NCBI GenBank assembly: GCA_002269645.1
Contig: NIVC01000412.1
Coordinates: forward strand, 806,001-870,000
Origin: Macrostomum lignano
Taxonomy: Eukaryota
Direction of reading: 5' to 3'
Length of the DNA stretch: 64,000 bases
The notes beneath the pieces were generated by a model. The model saw only the letters and a program-made list of their open reading frames with translations. It had not been told where the DNA came from and ran no database searches. This document shows positions 1 through 10,077 of the stretch, piece after piece. The first letter of the stretch is position 1, and each line of letters opens with the position of its first letter. Both the position numbers and the translations under genes were made by a program.

Positions 1-1071
1 GTGGCGAATTTTTAGCTTTTGCACGCACATGCACGATCTCTAGTTGTTAATGAAAAAATTACATTTCTTAAATTTACGCAATTGAATGTTTGGGTATAAC
101 AAATTAATATTGTAGAATTAAGGGATTGTTTCTGAAAAAAAATTTGAAGTTCGAAAGTGGCAAAATGACAAAATTTTATAGAAATTGATACAATTGAAAC
201 TCGTGATTGAGCATTTAGTATGAACTTTCTGTTTCGATGACAACGCTGTTCAACTTCTTTTCCAGAATTTTCTTAACTGGAAAACTGGATTATATTCTGG
301 AATTTTCTTTCTGGATAAATATGTCAAGCATCAGGTGACACTATTCTATTTGTCTACACAACACTATTATTTTTTGCCGTTTTGACAACCGGCTAAAGTT
401 TTCACTTATTTTAGCTTCGAAGTATCTATTTATACCTACTTGAGTTAATTTTCCACAATATCGGTAAAGACACTCGATAGATTCGATTTGCGAGTATGTC
501 GCGCCGAGCCGAAGCAACATTTTTTACTTTCAATTTTAAAAGCTAGATTTAAAAATAAGTTTAAGTTAAGTTAAGTTAAGTAGGCCCATAAGCTCAACTT
601 TAGGTTTAATCTCAACAAGTAATCTTGTTAATTTGTCCATAGCATTTGTCATGTGTAATACTTAGCTTGTGTATCATTATTTTGCGTTTTTATTATTTTA
701 GTATATTATTACATCATATTACATCAGAGAGGCCATAAAATTTGATTTTTAATACAAACAGTATAAGCTTCGTGAAAAAGAAAAAAAAACTGGATATTTT
801 TTGTCATTTAGGATTATTCTACAATATAAAGTCTGGTTATGTTTATTGACAAGTGGCTTTGAGAAATTGTTTCAACTTAAGGTGAATTTTGAGAGAAATA
901 TGACTGGTTATTTATAAAATAGAAAAGTAATTTTTGCTTTTTGCCCTTATTTAACTTTTTAGTCTTTTGCTATAAGGACAACCAAAATATGAATTTCAAG
1001 TATGACAACAGAATTAAAAATTTGAATTTAATTTCTTTTTCAGAGCTTGACACTTAGCTAGACACTCGACA

Positions 1072-2683
1072 ATGGTGTACAACTACACAAAACCCAGAGG
1101 CCCCATCGCCGCCATGTACAGCAGCCCGGGGCCAAAGTACATGCTGCCCAGCCTGGTTGGCCAGCCGCATCACGACCCTCGCTCCGTGCACAACCGCGGC
1201 CCGGCCTATCCTTTCGGCCTGAGGCACGGCAAATTCAAGGACGAATCGAGCCCGGGACCTTGCTACCTGCCGCTGACCTACAGAGACGGCAAAGATGGTT
1301 CTCCGCATTATTCGCTGTACGGCAGGCCAAAGGATGGCACCCTGTTCTCGGCCCCAGGTCCCGGCGCCTACAAGCCTGAGAGCACCAACAAGGAGGTGTA
1401 CTCAAGGGCACCGGCCTACAGCTTCGGCCTGAGGCATCATCAGTTCAGGACTGACAATACACCGGGTAAGGGAATGAGGCATTGCGGGCCCTCGACTGCG
1501 GCAGTACGAAATCTGTGGGTTCTGCTTCGTTACTTGCTGAGATTCTCAGGGTTGGGATTCTCGATTTTGGGATTCTCGATTTTGGGATTCTCGACTTTGG
1601 GATTTTTTACTTTGGGATTCTCGACTTTGGGATTCACGGTTTTGGGATTCTCGATTTTGGAATTCTCAGAGTTGGGATTATCAGGGTTGGGATTCTCAGG
1701 GTTGCATGGGATTCTCAGGGTTGGGATTCTCAGGGTTTGGGATTCTCAGGGTTTTATTTCTCTGTGTCGGGGCTCTCAATTTTTCTATTTAAGTTTTTTT
1801 GAATTAATGCGAAAAGAATACAGAATTCCCCAAAACGCAGCGGACTTTGCACTCCACCGCAGGTCCCAACGCGTACACGCCGGACCCCATGCTGGGCAAG
1901 ACTTTGCGCAGCGAGAAAAAAGCCGCCCCCAGCTACACATTGGTCGGCCGCTCCAAGGTCGGCGGCTTCCATGAGGACCTGCAGAAGGTGAGGATCTGAC
2001 AGGGGTTCAAAGGAGGGATCTGAGAGGGGGTCAATTGAGGGATCTGAGAGGGGTCAACTGCAGAGGGATCTGAGAGGGGGGTCAACTGAGGGATCTGAGA
2101 GGGGTCAACTGCAGAGGGATCTGAGAGGGGGGTCAACTGAGGGATCTGAGAGGGGTCAACTGTTTAAAGTGCATGTACCTGAAGTACATGTAGGAGAACT
2201 GAAGGAATATCACACATACATGTACAGCAGCGATCACCTACATGTATACCAAAGCTGCCACCCAAAACCGACCTCTGCAGACCCCGGGTCCAGGCGCCTA
2301 CAGCGTGGTACCGGCGGGCCGGTACAGGCACAACCCGCCGGCTTACAGCCTGACCAGCAGGAACTCGATGCCGGGTGACAGCACCACAAAACCGGGTCCT
2401 GGCGCTCACTCGCCAGAGACTGTGAGTTCATTTCTCAAACTTAAAAATTTAACAATTATATATGCAACTGCAATTGCAGTTCAGAATTTTGGAAAAAGGT
2501 ACATGTATTAGACTAACAAAAACGTTTTACACAACATATCGGCGATAGTATTTGATAGTACTTATCGACCTTTAAAACCTGCAGAATTTCTACCGCATGA
2601 AACGGGCGGCCCCAGCGTTCAGCTTCGGCATTCGCCATTCGCAGTACAAAGGCGAATTCATCACCGACGCCGATATGGAGTAA
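1072..2683 (+). CDS. ODF3: Outer dense fiber protein 3 / SHIPPO-1 (PGP-repeat) ciliary protein, 4 coding exons, ~252 aa
   Basis: join(1072..1465,1863..1987,2281..2421,2585..2683). All introns are GT-AG and phases are consistent (759 nt). Repeated PGPGAY / P.YSFG.RH motifs; N-term MVYNYTKPRGPIAAMYSSPGPKY; C-term APAFSFGIRHS. Confidence 0.92.
1549..1755. repeat. Minisatellite (GGGATTCTC-core, ~15-bp units) in ODF3 intron 1
   Basis: Tandem gggattctc(g/a)..tttt units; explains the spurious GFSILGF ORF extension. Confidence 0.85.
1990..2160. repeat. Minisatellite (GAGGGATCTGAGAGGGGTCAACT-like) in ODF3 intron 2
   Basis: About 6 degenerate 23-26 bp units starting directly at the donor site. Confidence 0.85.
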
Positions 2684-3369
2684 CATATAAAATATTGTTG
2701 ACAAAGTGCTGCTGCTACTTTTTCTCTACTAACAGTAGCATGACGCAGAATACGAACCTAATTTAAGCGCACGTGTTGAAAATAGTTATAATGTACTCGT
2801 ATGTTTTGCGCGCTTCTAATGAATATAACAAATTTTGTAACGCGCTTTTTATTTCAGTAGAAAAAATTGAAGTACCTTATTTATCGTCTCTGAAAATTCT
2901 AATCTAGTTTTCTGTTCGGAAGTTTTTTTATAAATTTACAACAATTTAGAATCTGAATGTGCAGTGAATTCTACAAAGCGATAAGTTTACACTGGTACTG
3001 TAGTACATTAATTGTGTAAGCGAGTTTAATGTAATGCGGATTTTTGTAGTCGTATTATGCCAGTAACATTTTATTAATAGAAGAATGCTACTCATTTTTT
3101 CCGCTATACTTAATTGGAACCATAGTAAAAAATGCTGCATAAATTATCTGAGTATTTTTGTTATCCAAAACATTTGCGCTTTAATTTTTTAAAATAAAAA
3201 TGTACACGAGCTGCAGAGCTTTCGGGATTTTTGAATTCTATTTTTATATAACAAGAATTCAGGCCGAATGTGAATCCGTCTGAGCTTTACCGTTTTATAA
3301 TTTAATACTACATTAAATAGATCTACCACATTGTAATGGCAGAAAAGTGGTGTAGACGGTTGAGACAAG

Positions 3370-4320
3370 TGTTCAATGAGGATAGAGACGGGTGTTTAAT
3401 GAGGCTAGAGCTGTTTCTAATGAGGGTAGAGACAGGTGTCTAATAAGGGTAGAGATAGCTGTTTAATTATGTTAGAGACAGGTTTCTGACTAGGGTAGAG
3501 ACAGGTGTCTAATGAGGCTTCAGACAGTCCACTAATGAGGGTAGAGACAGGTGCCTAATGAGGGTAGACAGGTGTCAGAGGCGGATGAGGACAGGTGTCT
3601 GAGGAGGGTATAGACAGGTGTCTGAAGAGGGTATAGAATGGTGTCTGAAGAGGGCTGAAGAGGGTATAGACTGAAGAGGGCTGTCTGAAGAGGGCTGAAG
3701 AGGGTATAGACTGAAGAGGGCTGTCTGAAGAGGGCTGAAGAGGGTATAGACTGAAGAGGGCTGAAGAGGGTATAGACAGGTGTCTGAAGAGGGTATAGAC
3801 AGGTGTCTGAAGAGGGTATAGACAGGTGTCTGAAGAGGGTATAGACAGGTGTTTGAAGAGGGTATGGACAGGTGTTTGAAGAGGGTATAGACAGGTGTCT
3901 GAAGCGGATGAGGACAGGTGTCTGAAGAGGGTAGAGACAGGTATCTGAAGACGGTATATAGACAGGTGTCTGAAGAGGGTATATAGACAGGTGTCTAAAG
4001 AGGGTATAGACAGGTGTCTGATGAGGGTTTAGACGTGTCTGAAGAGAGTACATAGACAGGTGTTTGAAGAAGGTAGAGACAGGTGTCTGAAGAGGGTATG
4101 GACAGGTGTCTGAAGAGGGTATAGACAGGTGTCTGAAGAGGGCTGAAGAGGGTATAGACTGAAGAGGGCTGTCTGAAGAGGGCTGAAGAGGGTATAGACA
4201 GGTGTCTGAAGAGGGTATAGACAGGTGTTTGAAGAGGGTATAGACAGGTGTCTGAAGAGGGCTATAGAGGGTATAGACAGGTGTCTGAGGCGGATGAGGA
4301 CAGGTGTCTGGAGCTGGTAG
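3370..4320 (+). repeat. 22-bp minisatellite (GAAGAGGGTATAGACAGGTGTCT / AATGAGGGTAGAGACAGGTGTCT); left arm of an inverted pair
   Basis: Tandem units visible; reverse complement of the array at 9655-10045. Confidence 0.9.
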
Positions 4321-5082
4321 ATAAAAAACAAAAAGGAAACTATGAACTAACACTCAATATTGATACAATTTATACAAGGAATGAACGAAAAAGAACTTAT
4401 ATTAAATAGGTCATGTTTATTATAGTATCACCAAATTAAAACTGAAATAATTTGCCAGAGCAGCCAGCCTTGGGACAGTTGGTGGTTAAACACAGAAAAA
4501 CACGCACATAGATGACTTGGCATACATAACGCATGTACTATAACATACTGTATGTTATTATGTCGCACAACACAAGGAAATTTGAGTTCTTCTGTACCAA
4601 AAGCTTGTTAAAACAAAATAGAAAAAAAACACAGCAGAAATGTAAAAGCAGGAATATTTATGCAGTTAATAATGCACGATAGATAGACAAATAAACACAA
4701 TAGTTAAATGGGAAGACAAATTAAAACAAAATTTAATAGAAGTAGGAATCGCACTAATAAACCAGTGGAATAATTCGATAAATTTGTCAACCGAATTTCA
4801 AGCGTCAAAATTTAAATATGAAAAAATAGTAATAATTTATAAAAACGAAAATTTCCACCCGATACAATCCAGCAAAGGTTGGGAAAAATGGCTAGTTTGC
4901 GCGGGCTGCGCTAACTGGCGTTTGTGTACGCTGCCCACCCCTGCCCCTCCCCCGCGGCTTTCCCCCACCCCCGGTGTTGGGGGGGGGGGGTTGCGTGGCG
5001 GGGGGTTTTATACCCCGCGGTTGGCTCTTTGGCCTCGCTGTCGCATTGCAATTGAAAAAAAAAATTTTTATGCTGCTGAGTC

Positions 5083-6114
5083 ATGTCACACGATTCTCTG
5101 ACGGTAAGAGAACTGCGCATGGCATTGCGTGCTAAAGGCTTGCAAACCGTAGGCAACAAGCGCACCCTATTGGAGAGACTTCTGCAGTCTCAAGGCTCAG
5201 TGGACACGGGACCCATCGATGAATCGGACACCAGCAATCCATCGAGAAGGCGAGGGCCCGACGACGGGACGGCGGCGGTCGGCGGCGGCGAGGCGGCAGG
5301 AGGGACCCACGGGACTGGCGACCTGGACCGGGACCTGCGGGAGGCAGAGAAGCAGCTGCGCTTGCTGACAATTCGTCGGGACCAAGCGCGCCTGGAAGCC
5401 GAGATCCGTCAGCTGGACCGCCGTGCCGATGAGCCGCAGCGGCGACCTGCAAATGCCTCAGTGCCCGGTGAGTACTCAAGCCTTGAGGATTTAGTGCTGG
5501 GACCTACTGTCAGAGTGCCGGATGAGGTGCAGCAGGCGGGGCAGCAGCACCCGAATGCGTACCGGGTGCCGGAGTTCATCAGCGCTCGCAAGCGGCTGGC
5601 GCTGAACAAGTCAAGTCAAGCCAGCAAGCAGGCCGCCCTGGACAGCCTCTCGGTTGGCGACTGGATCACCGGAAACGCCAACGCGCTGATGCAGATGCTG
5701 AAGGACGGCAGACTCCTCGTCCTCCGTGATGGCGCTATCGACATGTCGGAGCTGCTGGAGTACCTGAAGCACACGGCAAAAATTGGCGACCTCCTCGATC
5801 TCGGATTCGACCGCGGCCGCGTTTTGCGCTATGATGATGAGTACAGAGCGCAGCAGGCTGAGGCCGGCGCCTGGGACAGCTCGGTGACCGACCTGGGTCT
5901 GGTGGCGGCACACCTGATGGCTCCGAATCTTCAACTGCAGGCCGGCTCAGCGGGCAGGTCATCAGCAAAGCGACCGGTCTGCTTCGACTTCAACAAGGTG
6001 TCCGGCTGCCAGCGCAACCCGTGTCGTTTCGCACACAGTTGTAGGCGCTGCGGCCAGGCGCACTCGGAGGCCTCCTTCCACAGAGCGGAGGGCGGCCAGG
6101 CGGCAAAAAACTGA
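5083..6114 (+). CDS. Gag-like ORF1 (343 aa): N-terminal SAP domain, coiled coil, C-terminal CCCH + CxxC zinc-finger region
   Basis: LTVRELRMALRAKGLQTVGNKRTLLERL (SAP consensus); CFDFNKVSGCQRNPCRFAHSCRRCGQAH. Confidence 0.88.
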   Translation: MSHDSLTVRELRMALRAKGLQTVGNKRTLLERLLQSQGSVDTGPIDESDTSNPSRRRGPDDGTAAVGGGEAAGGTHGTGDLDRDLREAEKQLRLLTIRRDQARLEAEIRQLDRRADEPQRRPANASVPGEYSSLEDLVLGPTVRVPDEVQQAGQQHPNAYRVPEFISARKRLALNKSSQASKQAALDSLSVGDWITGNANALMQMLKDGRLLVLRDGAIDMSELLEYLKHTAKIGDLLDLGFDRGRVLRYDDEYRAQQAEAGAWDSSVTDLGLVAAHLMAPNLQLQAGSAGRSSAKRPVCFDFNKVSGCQRNPCRFAHSCRRCGQAHSEASFHRAEGGQAAKN

Positions 6115-6186
6115 TGGACGGGGTTCAGCGGCAGGGGTCTCTTAACATCGAGTCGCCCGCCCCTGCCGCTGCTTCTGTCGAACCCC
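6105..6186 (+). promoter_or_regulatory. Candidate -1 programmed ribosomal frameshift signal (A_AAA_AAC + 8-nt spacer + GC-rich hairpin)
   Basis: Heptamer 6105-6111 is in the gag reading phase and the -1 frame is ORF2. Stem 6120-6126/6180-6186 (7 bp) plus 6127-6137/6160-6170 (11 bp). Confidence 0.65.
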
Positions 6187-8087
6187 AAAAGGAGGGCGAC
6201 TCAAGCGGGACCCTCTCCACCGACTTGCGCCTTGAAGCCTGGCGCCTCGAGCTGGCCGACACGGAGATGCCAACGAAGCTCGCGCAGTTCGTTTTGAGCG
6301 GTGTGAAGGACGGTTTCCGCATCAGGAACGTCAGTAGTCCGGTGGACTCTGTCGAGCAGGAGAACTACGGCTCCATCGGTCAGCATCGAGTCGAGGTTCA
6401 GGCCCAAGTCCGCCGGGAACTGCAAGCTGGAAGATATCGCGTTAGCGCCAAGCCGACTATTGTGAGCGCGCTGGGCGCCATTCCGAAGTCCGGGGGCGGC
6501 ATCCGGCTCATCCATGACTGCAGCCAGCCCCAGGGTCGGGCCGTCAATGATTTGTTTGCTTGCCAGCAGAAGCTTCGGTTTTCTTCGGCGGCTGCCTTTG
6601 CCAGGAAGCTGCGCCAGGACATGTACATGTGTAAAGTCGACCTGAGCCAGGCCTACCGGTCTTGCGGCATTCACCCGGACGACCACTGCCTCACCGGTCT
6701 GAAGTTCACGTTCGAGGGCGAGGCGGAGCCGACCTACATGGTGGACACCCGGCTGCCGTTCGGAGCGGCAGCATCCGTGAGCAGCTTTTTCCAGATCAGC
6801 AACGCCATTCGGTTTATGATGCTCAAGCGCAGGTTCTTCAACTTCGAGGTCTACATGGACGACTTCGGCTTCGCGGGTTCGCTGACTGAGTGCTGGCGCT
6901 TTTACAACAAGCTGACGCAGCTGCTGCAGAGCCTGGGCCTGACTGTCAACTGGAAGAAGTGCGTGCAGCCGACGCAGGAGATGTGCTTCCTGGGCATTCA
7001 GTTCAACACGCAGTCGGGGCTGATGAGTCTGCCAGAGACGAAGGTCGAGGAGCTGCAGGCCTGCCTTGACCTCTGCTGCACAAAGCGGCGGATCTCCAAG
7101 CACGAGTTGCAGAAGCTGGTGGGCAGGCTCAACTGGGCCTGTCAGGTGGTCTGCAACGGCCGGCCGTTTCTGCGAGACCTGATCGACCGCGTCAACGACT
7201 TGTCGAGCCCGAAGGATCGGCTGTTGGTGGATGGCCAGTTCAAGAGCGTCCTGAGCTGGTGGAAAGTTGCTCTGCGGCAGCAGCCAGGTCGCGAGCTCTG
7301 GCCTGCTGCCAGGAGGCCGGTTGCCATGGAGACGGACGCCTGTCTGGTGGGGGCAGCGGCTGTTCTGAGAGATCCGGCTGGTTCTGACTGGTGCTATCTG
7401 CAGTGGGAAGTCGACGCTGGGAGCGAGTTCAGCGATTGCTGCATCAACTACAAGGAGGCTGCCGCGGTGCTGCTGGCGTTGCTGCACTGGCGCCGTCAAC
7501 TGCACAACTGCCGGATCGCTGTCTACTGCGACAATGCTGCAGCCTGCGCGATTATCAACAAGGGGTCATCCAGGGAGCCCCGGCTGTTGCGGCTGCTGCA
7601 GACTGTTGCTCTGCTGTGCCTAAAGCAGAACATTGTGGTCACCGCCCACCATGTGCCCGGCCGGTTTCAGCTGTTTGCCGACGCCGCCTCCCGCCTGCAT
7701 TGCCGGCAGGAGTTGCTGAATTTTCTGTTGCGAGCCTATGCAACCGCCTCTGTTTGCCCGCATGAATTTGCGGGACATGCGCTTAGCCCTGCCTCCGCCG
7801 CCTTTCTTTTTTTACAGGTCGCCTCCCTGGGTCTCTCGACGCTGCCGCCGACAAACTGCTCCAGCAGGCCTACGCATCATCGTCCAAGAGGTCGCTGTCA
7901 TCTGCTGTCCGCTCCTGGCAACGCTTCTGCCGAGAGCGGCGGCTCGACCCACTCGGCTGTCGGGCGGAGGATCTCGCAAACTACGTCCGCCAGCTCGTGG
8001 ACGGCCGGCTCAGCTCCTTCGGCAGCGTCCGCGTGCATATCAGCGCTCTGTCCGCCAGTTTCCGACTGGCGGGAGTGCCGGACCTGA
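6114..8087 (+). CDS. Reverse transcriptase / RNase H ORF2 (657 aa) of the YR retrotransposon
   Basis: RT motifs IRLIHDCS, KVDLSQAY, LPFG, YMDD, FLG; DIRS-type RNase H motifs ETDAC, INYKE, CDN, ADAASR. Confidence 0.95.
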   Translation: MDGVQRQGSLNIESPAPAAASVEPQKEGDSSGTLSTDLRLEAWRLELADTEMPTKLAQFVLSGVKDGFRIRNVSSPVDSVEQENYGSIGQHRVEVQAQVRRELQAGRYRVSAKPTIVSALGAIPKSGGGIRLIHDCSQPQGRAVNDLFACQQKLRFSSAAAFARKLRQDMYMCKVDLSQAYRSCGIHPDDHCLTGLKFTFEGEAEPTYMVDTRLPFGAAASVSSFFQISNAIRFMMLKRRFFNFEVYMDDFGFAGSLTECWRFYNKLTQLLQSLGLTVNWKKCVQPTQEMCFLGIQFNTQSGLMSLPETKVEELQACLDLCCTKRRISKHELQKLVGRLNWACQVVCNGRPFLRDLIDRVNDLSSPKDRLLVDGQFKSVLSWWKVALRQQPGRELWPAARRPVAMETDACLVGAAAVLRDPAGSDWCYLQWEVDAGSEFSDCCINYKEAAAVLLALLHWRRQLHNCRIAVYCDNAAACAIINKGSSREPRLLRLLQTVALLCLKQNIVVTAHHVPGRFQLFADAASRLHCRQELLNFLLRAYATASVCPHEFAGHALSPASAAFLFLQVASLGLSTLPPTNCSSRPTHHRPRGRCHLLSAPGNASAESGGSTHSAVGRRISQTTSASSWTAGSAPSAASACISALCPPVSDWRECRT

Positions 8088-8794
8088 CCAGGCACCCGCT
8101 GCTGCACCTGGTTCTGCGGGGAGCCAAGCGCGAGCTGGGGTCGGAGCCGAGTCACAAGCTGCCGGTGTCGCCAGACCTTTTGTCGAGACTGCGGCTGCAA
8201 GTCGACAGCTCGAATCCTGTGCAGGCGGCCTGCTGGGCTGCGGTCATGTGCGCTTGGTGGGGGATGTTCAGGAAGTCCAGCCTGCTGCCGCGAGGGCGCG
8301 CCGATCCGCCAGTGCTGCGACTGAGCTCGCTGGCAAGATGCCCCGAAGGCCTGCTTCTGACGTCCAGCTTCGGGAAGACCAACCAGTACGGTCGGACGCA
8401 TCGCGTGCTGCTGCCAGAGTTGACTTCGGGCCACCCGCTCTGTCCAGTGGCGGCACTGCGAGGCCACCTGCGCTGCAACCGGCTGAAGCAGCGGCAGCAG
8501 GGCCTGTTTTCATTCAGCAGTGGATCGTCCGGTCACGCATCTCTGACGTCCCGGAGGCTCGATGTACAGTTCAGGTCGTGGCTCGGCAAGGCGGGAGTGC
8601 CGGCGGCCGGGTTTTCTGTGCATAGCCTGCGGCGAGGCGCCGCCACCTGGGCGGCCCGGTGCGGCCTGTCAGTGCGGGAGATCCAGTGCGTGGGTGACTG
8701 GCGCAGCGACGCAGTGAGCGTCTACCTGTCCCGCGATGACACGGCTCTGCGTGCGGCGCGCAAGCTTGCTGTTGCGGCGCTTGACCAAACCTGA
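7818..8794 (+). CDS. Tyrosine recombinase ORF3; frame is open from at least 7817, with no in-frame ATG before the catalytic domain
   Basis: Catalytic motifs FRKSSLL (R), KTNQ (K), HSLRRGAA (HxxR), VGDWRSDAVSVYL (W, Y). N-terminal arm AYASSSKRSLSSAVRSWQRFC lies upstream of the ORF-track GTG start at 7997. Confidence 0.92.
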
Positions 8795-9654
8795 CGTGTT
8801 TCGCGGTTTTTTTGGAAGAAAGGTTTTGGGCTCCTTTTTTGTTTGCTTGTCCGCTTTTGCTTGCCTCTGCTTGGTCTGCTTTTGCTCTAGTCTGTTTTCT
8901 TGCTGCTTTTGGTGTTGGGGGGAGTGCATGGCAGCCTTCCCTGTCCTCCTCGCTGTTCCTGCGCCATTTGCTGCTCTTGAGCTTGCTGCGTTCGTCTTCT
9001 GGGGTGGGCAGTGGGCACTAATGGCTAGTTTGCGCGGGCTGCGCTAACTGGCGTTTGTGTACGCTGCCCACCCCTGCCCCTCCCCGCGGCTTTCCCCCAC
9101 CCCGGTGTTGGGGGGGGGGGGGGGGGGGTTGCGTGGCGGGGGGTTTTATACCCCGCGGTTGGCTCTTTGGCCTCGCTGTCGCATTGCAATTGAAAAAAAA
9201 ATTTTTTTTCGTATCCTGTCACTCTTTTAATCCTGCTTTGATCCGTTCTAACTGTTGTCAATAATGCTTTAATATTTTCTCGTAATCGGTCTGAAATATA
9301 CGGGGGGGAGTGCATGGCAGCCTTCCCTGTCCTCCTCGCTGTTCCTGCGCCATTTGCTGCTCTTGAGCTTGCTGCGTTCGTCTTCTGGGGTGGGCAGTGG
9401 GCACTAATGAACAAAACTTACAAAAATAGAATTTACAATTAATTTAGCGCGTCAATTTCATAGAAGAAACTGAGATAATGTCACAGAAAGCAGACAAACA
9501 AAAATTATCTGTTGTTTACACAGATTACGGTGGATAGTAGTTCAGGCTCCCAGTAGCATAAGTAGTATGTAAAGCAACTAAAATAGAAATTTCTATCTTA
9601 CAGCAGTTTGAATGAAAACTTATTAATTAAATTTAACTTAGAGGTCCTCACCTC

Positions 9655-10045
9655 TAATTGTCCTCATCCCGCTTCAGACACCTGTCTATACCCTCTTCAA
9701 ACACCTGTCCATACCCTCTTCAGACACCTGTCTACCCTTATTAGACACCTGTCTCTACCCTCATTAGACACCTGTCTCTACCCTCATTAGGCACCTGTCT
9801 CTACCCTCATTAGACACCTGTCTCTACCCTCATTAGACACCTGTCTCTACCCTCATTAGACACCTGTCTCTACCCTCATTAGACACCTGTCTCTACCCTC
9901 ATTAGACACCTGTCTCTACCCTCATTAGACACCTGTCTCTACCCTCATTAGACACCTGTCTCTACCCTCATTAGACACCTGTCTCTACCCTCATTAGACA
10001 CCTGTCTCTACCCTCATTAGACACATGTCTGTACCCTCATTAGAC
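9655..10045 (-). repeat. 22-bp minisatellite (TAGACACCTGTCTCTACCCTCAT); right, inverted arm
   Basis: Reverse complement of the 3370-4320 array, with mirrored order of unit variants. Confidence 0.9.
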
Positions 10046-10077
10046 AAATTACCGACTTGCAATGATCTCATACTCAC

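Larger units (their letters stand above)
4887..9409 (+). mobile_element. Full-length tyrosine-recombinase (DIRS-order, Ngaro/PAT-type) retrotransposon with split direct repeats A1-[gag, RT/RH, YR]-B1-A2-B2
   Basis: A1 4887-~5069 = A2 9020-~9206 (differences only in homopolymer lengths). B1 8917-9023 = B2 9303-9409 (identical by eye). Three intact ORFs. AATG core at both ends and at the B1/A2 junction. Confidence 0.95.

Noticed and set aside
6201-8625. Long antisense/alternate-frame ORFs (434, 295, 189 aa) over the retrotransposon
   Set aside because: Expected shadows of GC-rich coding sequence; no recognisable motifs.
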